Assembly: GCA_010093995.1 (NCBI GenBank)
Contig: ML992502.1
Location: forward strand, 2,674,728-2,717,791
Direction: 5' to 3'
DNA: 43,064 nucleotides
Source of the DNA: Elsinoe ampelina
Lineage: Eukaryota
Shown here: positions 8,342 through 21,137 of the stretch, in pieces
Numbering within the stretch: the first letter of the stretch is position 1
How the letters are laid out: every line of letters starts with the position of its first letter
Position numbers and translations under genes: made by a program
The notes under the pieces: model-generated
The model's input: the letters and a program-made list of their open reading frames with translations, nothing else
The model's database searches: none
What the model was told of the DNA's origin: nothing

Positions 8342-11300
8342 CTAGTTGTTGCCTAATAAGGTAAGACAATAACACTAGCTAAAGCCTTAGTATAATAAAG
8401 ATCTATACGTTAAACTACTTTATACTAGAAGTCGAAATATAAGGAAGTAAGGTAAGAGCAATAATAAATTCAGGAGCTAACTATAGCTACGTCTCTATAA
8501 TAGTTACTAATTAGCTTAAACCTTATTAACACTAGAAGGAGTTACCTTACCTACTTACTATAGTAGATAGAACCTCTATAGGGAAGGACGGGAAAGTTAC
8601 TTAGGAACTATAAAATATTATAATTAAAATCGAAACACACATAGAAAAACGATTAATCAATATAGTAGACATATAGTATAATATAGTACTTAGTATAGAC
8701 TAGCTTTAATAATATAATCTAGATATAGACTAGATTAAAGAAACACTTAAATTTCCTAAGTATAATTATAGAACGTAGGAAGTATAATTAGCTCTATAGA
8801 TACTAACTATAAGAATAGTATAGGTACGACTAATAGTTAGAGCTATTACTAGTATAAGTAATTAAGCACTTCCGCTAGAATATAAAGACTTTAAGGACTT
8901 ATTTAAAGAAAGAGAAGGTATTATAGCCTTACTCTAATATAAACTATAGAATTATAAAATACTCTTTAAAGAGAGTAAATCCCTAATATACTATTAAGGT
9001 CTTATACTACTATTAAAATAAGAGAAGAATATCCTTAAAGACTATATTAATAAGTACCTACTTAAAGGATTTATACAACTATTAAAATTACCTATTATAT
9101 ATAGAATGCTTTTTGTACCTAAAAAGAATAGAATATTATAAATATATATTAATTACTAGAAACTTAATATACTTACTAGGAAGAATTACTATTCTCTACT
9201 AAGGATTAACAAACTTTAAGACTAACTACGTAGAGCTAAATAGTTTACTATAATTAATATTAAGGACGTTTATTATTAAGTATAAATAAAGAAGAGTAAG
9301 AAGTAGAAAACGGCTTTTAGGACATAATAGAGTCTATATAAGTACCTCGTTATACTCTTTAGGTTAACTAATACTTCTATAACCTTCTAAGAGTTAATTA
9401 ATAACACTCTATAAGAATACCTTAACAACTTTATCTTAGTATATTTAGACAATATTATTATCTTCTTAAAGATATATAATAAACATATAAGATATATTTA
9501 TAAGGTACTATAGAAACTAAAAGAAAAAGACTTACTAGTAAAGCTCTTTAAGTATAAGTTTTATAAATATAAGATATAATTTCTAAGCTATATTATATCT
9601 ACTAATAGTATTAGACCTAATCCGAAGAAGATTAAGTTAGTAAATAACTAGCTAGAACCTACTATAGTTAAGGAGGTTTAAGCACTACTAGGATTCTTTA
9701 ACTACTACTATAAGTTTATTAAGGGGTTCTCTAAAGTAGCTATGCTAATATTTAACCTTATAAAAAAGAAAACTAGCTTTGTCTTTAATAAGGAATATAG
9801 GTAGGCCTTTAAGGAGCTAAAGCTTAGGCTTATAATAGCACCTATCCTAGCACTTTTCGACCTAGACTAATAAGCACTATTAGAGACAGATACCTTAGAC
9901 TTTATAATAGAAGCATATCTAGCGTAGAAGAATATAGAAGAATAACACTACCTAATTATATACTACTTACGAAAAATGACTAGACCTAAACTTAACTACG
10001 ACATATATAATAAGGAGTTACTTACAATTATAGAAGTATTCTATAAGTAGAGGGTATACCTAGAGGGAATAATCTTACCTATGTAAGTCTATACCGACTA
10101 TAAGAACCTATTATATTAGACAATAACTAAGGTTTTTAATAGATAATAGGTTTAATAGTTAGAAACACTTATAAGCTATAACTTTTAGATTTACTATATT
10201 AAGGGATTAGAGAATAGTAGAGTAGACACTCTTAGCTAATAGCTAGATTAATTAAAGAATATAACAATTATAGAGGCCTCTATACTAAAGTAGCAAGACA
10301 GTGCTTTAGTCTATAAGCACCTAAAGGTAGAGTAGTTATATAGCCTTACCTAGGAGCTTATATAAGAACAGAAATAAGAAGTTATTTAAATATACTATAA
10401 TAACCTAATAGCGGGACATAGTAGGATTAATAAGACTATTAAACTTATTATATAAAACTACCTCTAGAAAGGACTTTAAAACAATATTAAGACATATATT
10501 ACTATATACGATATATGCTATAAGTCTAAGTACTTACGACATAAGCTATATAGCCTATTATAACTCTTACTACTACTAGACAAACTATAGCAATTAGTTA
10601 CGATAGACTTTATAGGACCTCTACTACTATTAGAAGAACCTCTTATAGGTATAAAGTATAATAGTATTCTAGTCCTAGTAGATAGGTTTACGAAGTATTA
10701 CTACTTTATACTATATAAGACAATAGTAACTATAGAGAATATAGTCTTTGTCTTTCTCCGAACAATTATTTTATAGTATAGAGTACTATAAGATCTAATT
10801 ACTAACAGGGATAAACTATTTATATTATAATTTTAGTAGTTATTTATAGACCTATTAGGAGTTAAATATAAGCTATTAATATCTTTCTACTTATAAACGG
10901 ACAAATAAATAGAGTAAGCTAATTAAATACTAGAATAATACTTATAGTATTACCTTAACTACGAATAAGACTTATAGGCATTATTACTTCTACTAGCTAA
11001 ACTTGCTATTAATAATAGGAAGTTAGCAAATAGAGTATTACTATTCTACGCTAATTACGGTATATACCTAGATTTATACTATAATATACTCGGGATTAAG
11101 CCGATATCTAAAGATATAAATATACTAGTAGCTAATATTAAGAAACTATATAACTAGCTATACTATAATATAGTATTTATATTATAAAGAATAGCTAAAT
11201 TTACTAACTAGAAGAGAATTAAGAGACTAATTCTAAAGGAGAGAGAGAAAGTTTACCTCCTTAGTAAGAATATTAAGACTAAGAGACTAAGTAAGAAACT

Positions 11301-11730
11301 AAACTATACTAAGCTAGGACCTTTTAAGATCCTAGAAAAGAAAAACAAAAACATATATAAACTAGAGCTACTAAGGCATATAAGAATCTATTTAGTCTTT
11401 TATATATCTCTACTAAAGAAAGTACTATAGAACGCTATACCTAGACTTATTAAACTAGATAAAGAGACATAGGAGCTATAGTATAAGATTAAAAGAGTTT
11501 TATATTATAAATTTATAAAGAGAAAGCGTTACTATCTTATCTACTAGAAAGGACATTAGTATAGTAAGGCAATATAGAAACTAGAGAAACACCTTACCTT
11601 ATAAATAATTCTAAATTACTAGACTAAAAACCTATCCTAAGTAAACTAACTAGGTAGGCCTAATACTACTAATACTAAATAAAAATAAGAATGCCTAAGG
11701 AAGACTACTTAGCTAATAAAAGTACCTTAA
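8338..11730 (+). pseudogene. pol of Gypsy family 1 (protease, RT, RNase H, integrase, chromodomain), -1 frame relative to gag
   Basis: De-RIP motifs: IDSGA (~8464), FVPKKDG..CIDYRKLN (~9110-9170), YLDDII (~9440), ETDASD (~9885), integrase zinc finger and core, and chromodomain YLIHWKG..ATWEPEEHL (~11530-11595). End coordinate is approximate. Confidence 0.85.
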
Positions 11731-12006
11731 TTATTACTAAATAGGAAACTCTAATTAGAGTTAAGTATAAATAATTACTAATCCTATAGGAGAATAGAAT
11801 CCACTAATAATAGTATTTCCTCTTACTCTAGAACTTAAGTATAGGTTTTCTCTAGAGAAATTACTTTCTCTACCTTATTCTCTAATTTCTATATCTCTTC
11901 GTATAGGTAAAGCTTATTACCTATAGCTCTTTAATAAGCCTCTTTTGCCTTTTTATAAGCTTCTTTAGCTTTCTTTCTAGTAGTCTTAGCTATAACTAAT
12001 TCCTTT

Positions 12007-12621
12007 NNNNNNNNNNNNNNNNNNNNNNNNNNNNNNNNNNNNNNNNNNNNNNNNNNNNNNNNNNNNNNNNNNNNNNNNNNNNNNNNNNNNNNNNNNNNNN
12101 NNNNNNNNNNNNNNNNNNNNNNNNNNNNNNNNNNNNNNNNNNNNNNNNNNNNNNNNNNNNNNNNNNNNNNNNNNNNNNNNNNNNNNNNNNNNNNNNNNNN
12201 NNNNNNNNNNNNNNNNNNNNNNNNNNNNNNNNNNNNNNNNNNNNNNNNNNNNNNNNNNNNNNNNNNNNNNNNNNNNNNNNNNNNNNNNNNNNNNNNNNNN
12301 NNNNNNNNNNNNNNNNNNNNNNNNNNNNNNNNNNNNNNNNNNNNNNNNNNNNNNNNNNNNNNNNNNNNNNNNNNNNNNNNNNNNNNNNNNNNNNNNNNNN
12401 NNNNNNNNNNNNNNNNNNNNNNNNNNNNNNNNNNNNNNNNNNNNNNNNNNNNNNNNNNNNNNNNNNNNNNNNNNNNNNNNNNNNNNNNNNNNNNNNNNNN
12501 NNNNNNNNNNNNNNNNNNNNNNNNNNNNNNNNNNNNNNNNNNNNNNNNNNNNNNNNNNNNNNNNNNNNNNNNNNNNNNNNNNNNNNNNNNNNNNNNNNNN
12601 NNNNNNNNNNNNNNNNNNNNN
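12007..12621. other. Assembly gap
   Basis: Run of 615 N. The homologous interval in copy c (34671-35335) is 665 bp. Confidence 1.
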
Positions 12622-12744
12622 TATCTATAAGATATACCTTCTCTAACTCTTACCTTAGTGCTATACTACTATAGAAGTAGAACTACCTCGTTCTTAGCTT
12701 AGCTTAGACTACTAGTGTAGACTATATTTAGACGGTTTATAATA

Positions 12745-12902
12745 CTAAGTATATATCTCTTACGCTATTAAGGTTATAATTCTTCTTCTTTAGCTTAAAT
12801 TTAACCTAATCTAGTACTTAAATATCTCTTTTAAAGCTTCTCTTTCTCTTTATCTACTTAAAGAATTTAGTTAAAACTTTATAAGAGTTAGCCTTAGAGG
12901 TA
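12745..12902 (+). mobile_element. Tc1 copy A, middle fragment
   Basis: Matches 21509-21666 of copy B and ends in the TA that copy B inserted into. Confidence 0.88.
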
Positions 12903-13239
12903 TAGTTGTTTTAAGTTTAACTAAGCTACCCTAGGCTTAGCGTGTTATACTCTATATCGACCTCTCGTTATTAAATTTAGCTATCTAGAAGTCTATAGAG
13001 AATACTAATAAATTAAAGCTAAAAAAAGATATAATAGTTGCTATACTACTCTAATTAGGTTGTTACTATTATAGTTAATTATTAGATAGCTAAATTAAAA
13101 CTAGTAGACGTATAGTTCTTACTCGCTAAAGAGTATACTAATTATGCTATTTATGCTACTACTAAGGTAGCTAGAGCTATAATCCGCTAAATTTAACTAT
13201 CCCTTAAGTTCTTTAGTACTTCTTATTCTCCTATTAAAG

Positions 13240-13702
13240 TGTCACGAACTGTCTAAACATAGCCTACGCTAGTAGTCTAAGCTAAGCTAAGAACGAGGTA
13301 GTTCTACTTCTATAGTAGTATAGCACTAAGGTAAGAGTTAGAGAAGGTATGTCTTATAGATAATAAAGTACAATCGGATAGTATTACAAGGGCTAGCCTT
13401 AGCAATACTAGTGTTCGCTATCTAGACGAGGTTAACTATAGTACTTATATAAGGTAAGGACTACTTCTATATATATGTGTTCTTTACTATATACTCTATA
13501 TACTCTATATACTCCGTAGCGAGAGTCGGGGGCAACATAAAGTATATATCTACTAGTAACCTACGTGCTCTATAGTTCCCGGGGTAGAGCTACTAGAGAA
13601 GATAGAGAACTAGGTAAATGTCGGGCTAGGTTACGTAATAACCTTAGTAGTTTAATTAGTCCTAACGTCTCTATACTTTAGCTATTCTACTAGTTCGTAA
13701 CA
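13240..13702 (-). repeat. 3' LTR of Gypsy 1b
   Basis: TGTCACGAAC...GTTCGTAACA termini; adjacent TTACTCTCCTCCCTT is the PPT on the minus strand. Confidence 0.93.
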
Positions 13703-13776
13703 TTACTCTCCTCCCTTAATTAAGTTATTCTAATAAGTAAGTATTCTTCCTTATCCTTATGCGCTATATACTAAAT

Positions 13777-14325
13777 ATGCCTCTTAGTTGTCGAAGGTAT
13801 AGTAAATCTAGTATATCCGTATAAAAGAACCTCTTGGAGTTTATTAAATTATTTAGAACTAATATGCTATAAGCTTGCTCTCGTTATAAGTTAAAAGGGC
13901 TAGACTATAAAGTCTATATTTAGTTAGGTATTTATAGCTAGTATGTCGCAAGTAACTACTCGGGTTATAATATTTAAGTAACAAAATTGAAATAGTAGCG
14001 TCTCTAGTCTAAGTATATTCGTTTACGAAAGGAATTAGTTATAGCTAAGACTACTAGAAAGAAAGCTAAAGAAGCTTATAAAAAGGCAAAAGAGGCTTAT
14101 TAAAGAGCTATAGGTAATAAGCTTTACCTATGCGAAGAGATATAAAAGTTAAAGGACAAGGTAGAGAAAGTAATCTCTCTAGAGGAGACTCGTATTTAAG
14201 TCCTAGAGTAGAAAGAAATACTATTATCGGTGGATTCTATCCTACTATAGGACTAGTAATTATTTATACCTAACTCCGACTAGGGTTCTCTATTTAGCAA
14301 CGATTAAGGTGCTTCTATTAGCTAA
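13777..14325 (+). pseudogene. Antisense accessory ORF of Gypsy family 1 (six-Cys putative Zn-binding motif plus coiled coil), copy b
   Basis: Intact ATG and a single frame. De-RIP reading: FIESFGTDMPxACSRCxxKGLDCKVHVRSGxCGxCVASxHSGCDIQVTKLEWQRL, then heptad-rich RLRKELA..KKAEEA..ELRLREEMQKLEDK. Stop position is approximate. Confidence 0.65.
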
Positions 14326-17300
14326 GTAATCTTCCTTAGGCATTCTCGTTTTTGTTTAGTGTTAGGAGTGCTAGGTCTATCTAGTTAGTTCGCTTAGGAT
14401 AGGTTCTCGATCTAGTAATCTAGAATTACTTACGAGGTAAAGTGTTCTTCTAGTTCCTATATTGCCTTACTATACTAATGTCCTTTCTAGTGGATAAGAT
14501 AGTAACGTTTTCCCCTTATAGATTTATAACGTAAAATCCTTTTAATCTTATACTATAGCTCCTATGTTTCTTTATCTAGTTCGATAGGTCCGGGTATAGC
14601 GTTCTATAGTACCTTCTCTAGTAGTAATATATAAAAGACTAGATAGATCCTTATATGTCTTAGTAGTTCTAGTTTATATACGTTCTTGTTTTTCTTTTCT
14701 AGGATCTTAAAGGGTCCTAGTTTAGTATAGTTAAGTTTCTTACTTAGTTGTTTCGTTTTAATATTTCTACTAAGGAGGTAAACTTTCTCTCCCTTCTATA
14801 GAATTAGTTCTACAATTCTCTTCTAGTTAGCAAAATCTGCTATTCTTTATGATATAAATGCTATATCGTAGTATAGCTAGTTATATAGTTTCTTAATGTT
14901 AGCTACTAGTATGTTAGCGTCCTTAGATATTAGCTTAATTCTGAGTGTGTTATAGTATAGATCTAGGTATATTCTATAGTTTACGTAGAATAGTGAAATT
15001 CTATTTGCTAACTTTCTGTTATTAACGGCAAGCTCTATAAGCGGTAATAGCGTCGCCTATAAGTCTTACTTATAGTTTAAGTAGCATCGTAGGTACTACT
15101 CTAGTACTTAATTTACCTATTTAGTTTATCTATTCGTTTATAGATAAAAGGAGGTTAATAGCTTATATTTAACTCCTAGTAGGTCTATAAATAATTACTA
15201 GAATTATAACGTAAATAGCTTATCTCTATTAGTTATTAGGTCTCGTAGTACTCTATGTTATAAAATAATTATTTAGAGGAAGGCAAAGGCTATATCCTTA
15301 GTAGTTACTATTGTCTTATATAGTATAAAGTAGTAATACTTCGTAAACCTATCTACTAGAACTAGGATACTATTATACTTTATACCTATAAGAGGTTCTT
15401 CTAATAGTAGTAAAAGTTCTATAAAGTCTATTATAACTAATTACTATAGTTTATCTAGTGGTAGCAAGAGTTATAATAGGCTATATAGCTTATGTTATAA
15501 GTGCTTAGACTTGTAGCATATATTACATATAGTAATATATGTCTTAATATTATTTCGGAGTCCTTTCTATAGGTAGTTTTGTATAATAAGTTTAATAGTC
15601 TTATCGATTCTGCTATGTCCCGCTGTTAGGTTATTATAGTATATTTAAATAACTTCTTTCTTCTATTCTTACGTAAGCTCCTAGGTAAGGCTATATAACT
15701 ACTCTACCTTTAGGTACTTATAGACTAGAGCGCTATCTTACTACTTTAGTATAGAGGCCTCTATTATTGTTATATTCTTTAAGTAATCCAGTTGTTAGCT
15801 AAGAGCGTCTACTCTACTATTCTCTAATTCCTTAATATAGTAGAACTAAAAGTTGTAGCTTATAAGTATTTCTAACTATCGCACTTGTTGTCTATTAAGA
15901 ATCTTAGTTGTTGTCTAATATAATAGGTTCTTATAGTTGGTGTAAACTTATATAGGTAAGGTTGTTTCTTCTAGGTATACTCTCTATTTGCGAAATGCCT
16001 CTATAATTGTAAGTAACTCCTTGTCGTATATATCGTAGTTAAGTTTAGGTCTAGTTATTTTTCGTAAGTAGTATACGATTAGGCAGCGTTATTCTTCTAT
16101 GTCCTTCTACGCTAGATACGCTTCTATTACAAAGTCTAAGGCATCTGTTTCTAGTAGTACTTATTAGTCTAGGTTAAAGAGTGCTAGGACAGGTACTATT
16201 ATAAGTCTAAGCTTTAGCTTCTTAAAGGCCTACCTATATTTCTTATCGAAGACAAATCTAGTTTCTTTCTTTATAAGGTTAGATATTAGCGTAGCTACCT
16301 TAGAGAATCCTTTAATAAACTTATAGTAGTAGTTAAAGAACTCTAGTAGCGCTTAAACCTCCTTAACTATTGTAGGTTCCGGCTAGTTATTTACTAACTC
16401 GATCTTCTTTAAATTAGGTCTAATGCTATTAGTAGATATAACATAGTCTAGAAATTGTATCTTATACTTATAGAACTTATACTTAAAGAGTTTTACTAGT
16501 AGGTCTTTCTCTTTTAGTTTCTATAGTACTTTATAAACATGTCCTATATGTTTATTATATATCTTTAAGAAGATAATAATATTGTCTAAATATGCTAAGA
16601 TAAAGTTATTAAGGTATTCTTATAAAGTATTATTAATTAACTCTTAGAAGGTTATAGGAGTATTAGTTAACCTAAAGGGCATAATAAGGTACTTATATAG
16701 ACTCTATCGCGTCCTAAAAGCTGTCTTCTACTCCTTACTCTCCTTTATTTATACTTAATAATAGGCGTCCCTAATATTAATTACAGTAAACTATTTAGCT
16801 CTAAGTAGTTAGTCTTAAAGTTTGTTAATTCTTAGTAGAGAATAGTAATTCTTCCTAGTAAGTGTATTAAGTTTCTAGTAATTAATGTATATTTATAATA
16901 TTCTATCCTTTTTAGGTATAAAAAGCACTCTATATATAATAGATAATTTTAATAGTCGTATAAATCCTTTAAGTAAGTACTTGTCGATATAGTTCTTAAG
17001 GATATTCTCCTCTTATTTCGATAGTAGTATAAGACCTTAATAGTATATTAGGGATTTACCCTCTTTAAAGAGTATTTCGTAATTCTATAGTTTATATTAG
17101 AGTAAGGCTATAATACCTTCTCTTTCTTTAAATAAGTCCTTAAAGTCTTTATATTCCGGCGGAAGTACTTAGTTACTTACGCTAGTAATAGCTCTAACTA
17201 TTAGTTATACCTATACTGTCCTTATAGTTAGTATCCGTAGAGCTAATTATACTTCCTACGTTCTATAATTATACTTAGGAAATTCAAGTGTTTCTTTAAT

Positions 17301-19800
17301 CTAGTCTATATCTAGATTGTGTTATTAAAGCTAGTCTATACTAAGTACTATATTATACTATATGTCTACTATATCGATTAATCGTTTTTCTATATGTGTT
17401 TCGATTTTAATTATAACATTTTATAGTTCCTAAGTAACTTTCCCGTCCTTTCCTATAGAGGTTCTATCTACTATAGTAAGTAGGTAAAGTAACTCCTTCT
17501 AGTGTTAATAAGGTTTAAGCTAATTAGTAACTATTATAGAGACGTAGCTATAGTTAGCTCCCGAATTTATTATTGCTCTTACCTTACTTCCTTATATTTC
17601 GACTTCTAGTATAAAGTAGTTTAACATATAGATCTTTATTATACTAAGGCTTTAGCTAGTGTTATTGTCTTGCCTTATTAGGCAACAACTAGCTAGTTTT
17701 TTGTCATTGTAGCTCCTTAGATAAGTAGCTAATCCCTTCCTACACGTATCTACTATTAGTACTATATCTATTAGGTAAGTTATGTCTTGTCGCTACTTAA
17801 TATAGTAAGGTAAACTTCTAGCGCCTAAGTCCCTTAGTAACTATAAAGTCTAATAATTCCTTACTAGTTATACTAAGTAGTGTTACACACCTATATTAGT
17901 ATACCTATTCCTTCCGGGTGTAGCTAGGTATTAGCATTAAAGACAAAAACAAGTTACGTAGATTTATCTTGTTATGTCCTATTCTAGTAGTAGGTGTATA
18001 TTATTATATAATTCCTCTATATCCCTATAAGGTATACTTTAAGTCGTTCGCCTAGTAGTAGTATATCGTTGTCGTTATTGTTGTTATTAGATAAGTTCTT
18101 ATCTATATTATTATATTATAGTTATTCGGTGTATTCTTCGTTATATTTCTCTTCGTCGCTACTGCCCCTAGTATAGTTATAGTTAGTAAGGCTACACTAA
18201 GTATATTCTCTTACTTAGCTATAGGGGATAGTACTACCTATTTTAATTACTAAGAAGTCCGTAGTGTATTTAAGACTAATAGCGTCTTCTCTAAGTACGT
18301 CGTGTAAGTAGATAGTATAGTACTATTTGTAATCTAGATTTGTATATTTCTAGAGCGATATATAATATGCCTTTCCTTATAGTACGCTATAAGGGCTAAA
18401 GGTAAGGCTACTATATTGTTATATAGCACTTACGTCCTAATACTTCGTCTTAATAATTATATATTAGTAATTGTCGCTAACTACCTTCTAAGGTTAGTTA
18501 CTATTACTACTAATTATAGAGAGCTCTTCTAGGTTAGGTTCCTAGTCTAGCTATTTTGTTAGTTACCTACGCTTAGATAGCTTATATAGGAACTAACTAG
18601 ATCCTTACTTGTCTAATAAGTAAATATAACAAGAGTTATTATAACATACTATCTATAATAGCGTTGCGTGTTAGCTTTATTATTTACTATCGGTTATAGA
18701 GATATTAAGTATAACATCCGGAGAGAATTCTACTACCTCTCGAGTTATTATAGACTCCTTCTATATTTCCTTACCTATACTAAAGGTCGTTAGGTCTTCT
18801 ATAGTAGTGTTAGCCTTTTTTTCTACTAGCCTAGCAACTATTATATGTAATTTATCGGCTAGCGCCTCTTACTAGTAGTCTCTAGCCCGATACTTAGGTC
18901 TTTTACACTTAAAATATAGATTGTCTTATTTATACTTCTCTCTCTCTTTTCTACTAAGGAACTTTCCTCTACAGCCGTAGCCTTATACCTATAAGGGGTA
19001 GCCTTCGCGTATAGTATTAAGTTCTATAGAGTCTCTATAGTTTCGGGAGGAACGTATATATCTAGTGTTTGCCTTATATCCTCCGTAACGTTCTATATAT
19101 CGTTTATAAAGTTAGTTATTAATAGCAATTATAGTATCTACTAGTTCTTAGAGGCTATTAGGTAGCTTAGGTATTATTTAGTCTTTGACTAAGTCGCTTA
19201 GTCCTTAGTAGAATACTAAATATTTAGCACTATTATTCTAGTCTAGGTGCATTATAAGTTATTAAAACTAGGAATAGTACTAGGCTATAGACCTACGTTA
19301 TTGTAGTTGTCGGATCTTCGTCGTAGCAACGCGCTCCTTATTAGATACGTTAAAGACTTGTTTAATCTTTGCCTAAAAGATATTAAAGCTCTTAAAGATA
19401 GCCTTTGTATCTAGGCTTAGTTATCCGTCTAGGTAGCTACTTATATAAGGCTCGAACTACCTAAAGGTAGCGCCTTTAAGGTGTATCCCGGCATAGAGGA
19501 CCTTTGCTACGTTATTAGCGTACTTGTCTCTCTCTAGAGCGAAGAAGGCTTTAAGTTAAATAAGGAAGTACCTTAAGTAAGCGTAGTCCCCGTAGAAGAG
19601 TTCTACTTCTAACTTAGGCCTACTCTATCCTTCTATACTAAAAGACCTTCTATGTTCGCCCGAGGTTAAACTAGTAGTAGACATGTTGTTAATAGTAAGC
19701 TTTCCTAGCTTACTAGCGATTAAAGATACTAATAGTAACTTAGAGCAAGAGTTACTTATTAACCTCGTAGCGTGCTATACTATAGTAAGGGTAGTTAAAA

Positions 19801-20263
19801 TATTATAAACTGTCTAAACATAGCTTACGCTAGTAGTCTAAGCTAAGCTAAGAACGAGGTAGTTCTACTTCTATAGTAGTATAGTACTAAGGTAAGAGTT
19901 AGAGAAGATATATCTTATAGATAATAAAGTACAATCGAATAGTATTATAAGGGCTAGCCTTAGTAATACTAGTATTTACTATCTAGACAAGGTTAACTAT
20001 AGTACTTATATAAGGTAAGGACTACTCCTATATACATGTGTTCTTTACTACATACTCTATGTGCTTTATATACTCTATAGCGAGAGTTAGGAGCAATATA
20101 AAGTATACGTCCGCTAGTAACCTATATACTCTATAGTCCCTAGGGTAGAGCCGCTAGAGAAGACAAAGAACCGGGTAAACGTCGAGCTAGGTCACGTAAT
20201 AACCTTAGTAGTTTAATTAGTCCTAACGTCTCTACGCTTTAGCTATCCTACTAGTTTATAATA
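19801..20263 (-). repeat. 5' LTR of Gypsy 1b
   Basis: Direct repeat of 13240-13702, differing mainly by RIP-type transitions. Confidence 0.93.
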
Positions 20264-20268
20264 TAAAG

Positions 20269-21104
20269 CTTACGTACTACGCTCTTATACTCTTATCTCT
20301 TTCTTAGAAGATGTAAGTCCTTTATAGCTAAGCTCTTTCTATACTAACCTATCTAAGGAGATAATAGCCTACTTAAACAACATCTCTACTACTTATCTTA
20401 ATAAAGTTTAAGCCTTCTTAAGAGAGGTATATAATTGCTAGGTGTGCTTAAGTATAATCTAGTATATAATCTAGTACTAGTAGTAGTCTCGAAAGGTAGC
20501 TAAGAAGGTAGCGGCTAAAAGAGATATAATACTTAAGGCGAATTAGACTTAAAGGTATATACTTTAGCTAGTTAATAGAATTATTTATATTAACAAGTTA
20601 GCTTATAATAAGTACACGGCATAGAGGAGGTATAGGTAGACGCCTATTAGTAAGAAGTGTATAGATATCTAGCTAAAGTAGTATAGTAAGAAGTAGAGCG
20701 TATTACTAGCTATTACTATTAATAGCTATCTCCCTAGTACCTTAATCTACTATAGATTAATTACTAGTAAGATCTTTATTAGCTAGCTAATAGATATAAT
20801 AATACTAGAGCTTCTAGCTAGTATAATCTTCATTATAGATAATACTTTAATCTACTAGAGTAATAAGGTAAAGAAGCTAGTATAAGAGTATAGAAGTTAC
20901 CTTAAATACCTACTACCCTATTTACTAGATTTTAATTCTATTAAGTAATTCTTCTTAATACTAAAGACATAAGTAAAGTAATACTATAATCTAGTCACTA
21001 GGTACAAGAAATATACTAATTTCTTAGAGCTAGCTATCTACTCATATAGTAGACTATACACTAAGGCGCACTTTAAGAGCTATAGATATAGTATAAGGTT
21101 ATAG
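20269..21104 (+). pseudogene. Tc1-type D,D34E transposase of copy B (3' part; the 5' part lies before 13240)
   Basis: De-RIP VDESAC...MDNASIHRSDEVKKLVQEHGSRLEYLPPYSPDFNPIE, with 34 residues between the second D and E. Confidence 0.88.
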
Positions 21105-21137
21105 GGGATCTATTTAGTACGTAAGAAATTGCTTATG

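Larger units (their letters stand above)
6092..12744 (+). mobile_element. Ty3/Gypsy chromovirus LTR retrotransposon, family 1, copy a (RIP-degenerate, both LTRs partly in gaps)
   Basis: LTR ends at 6242 and 12744, order gag-PR-RT-RH-IN-chromo, colinear with 28444-35458. Followed by CTAAG and the resumption of Tc1 copy A. Confidence 0.93.
13240..20263 (-). mobile_element. Gypsy family 1, copy b, full length (7024 bp)
   Basis: 463-bp LTRs at 13240-13702 and 19801-20263, TSD TAAAG at 13235-13239 and 20264-20268, polypurine tract next to 13703. Reverse complement of copies a and c. Confidence 0.96.
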
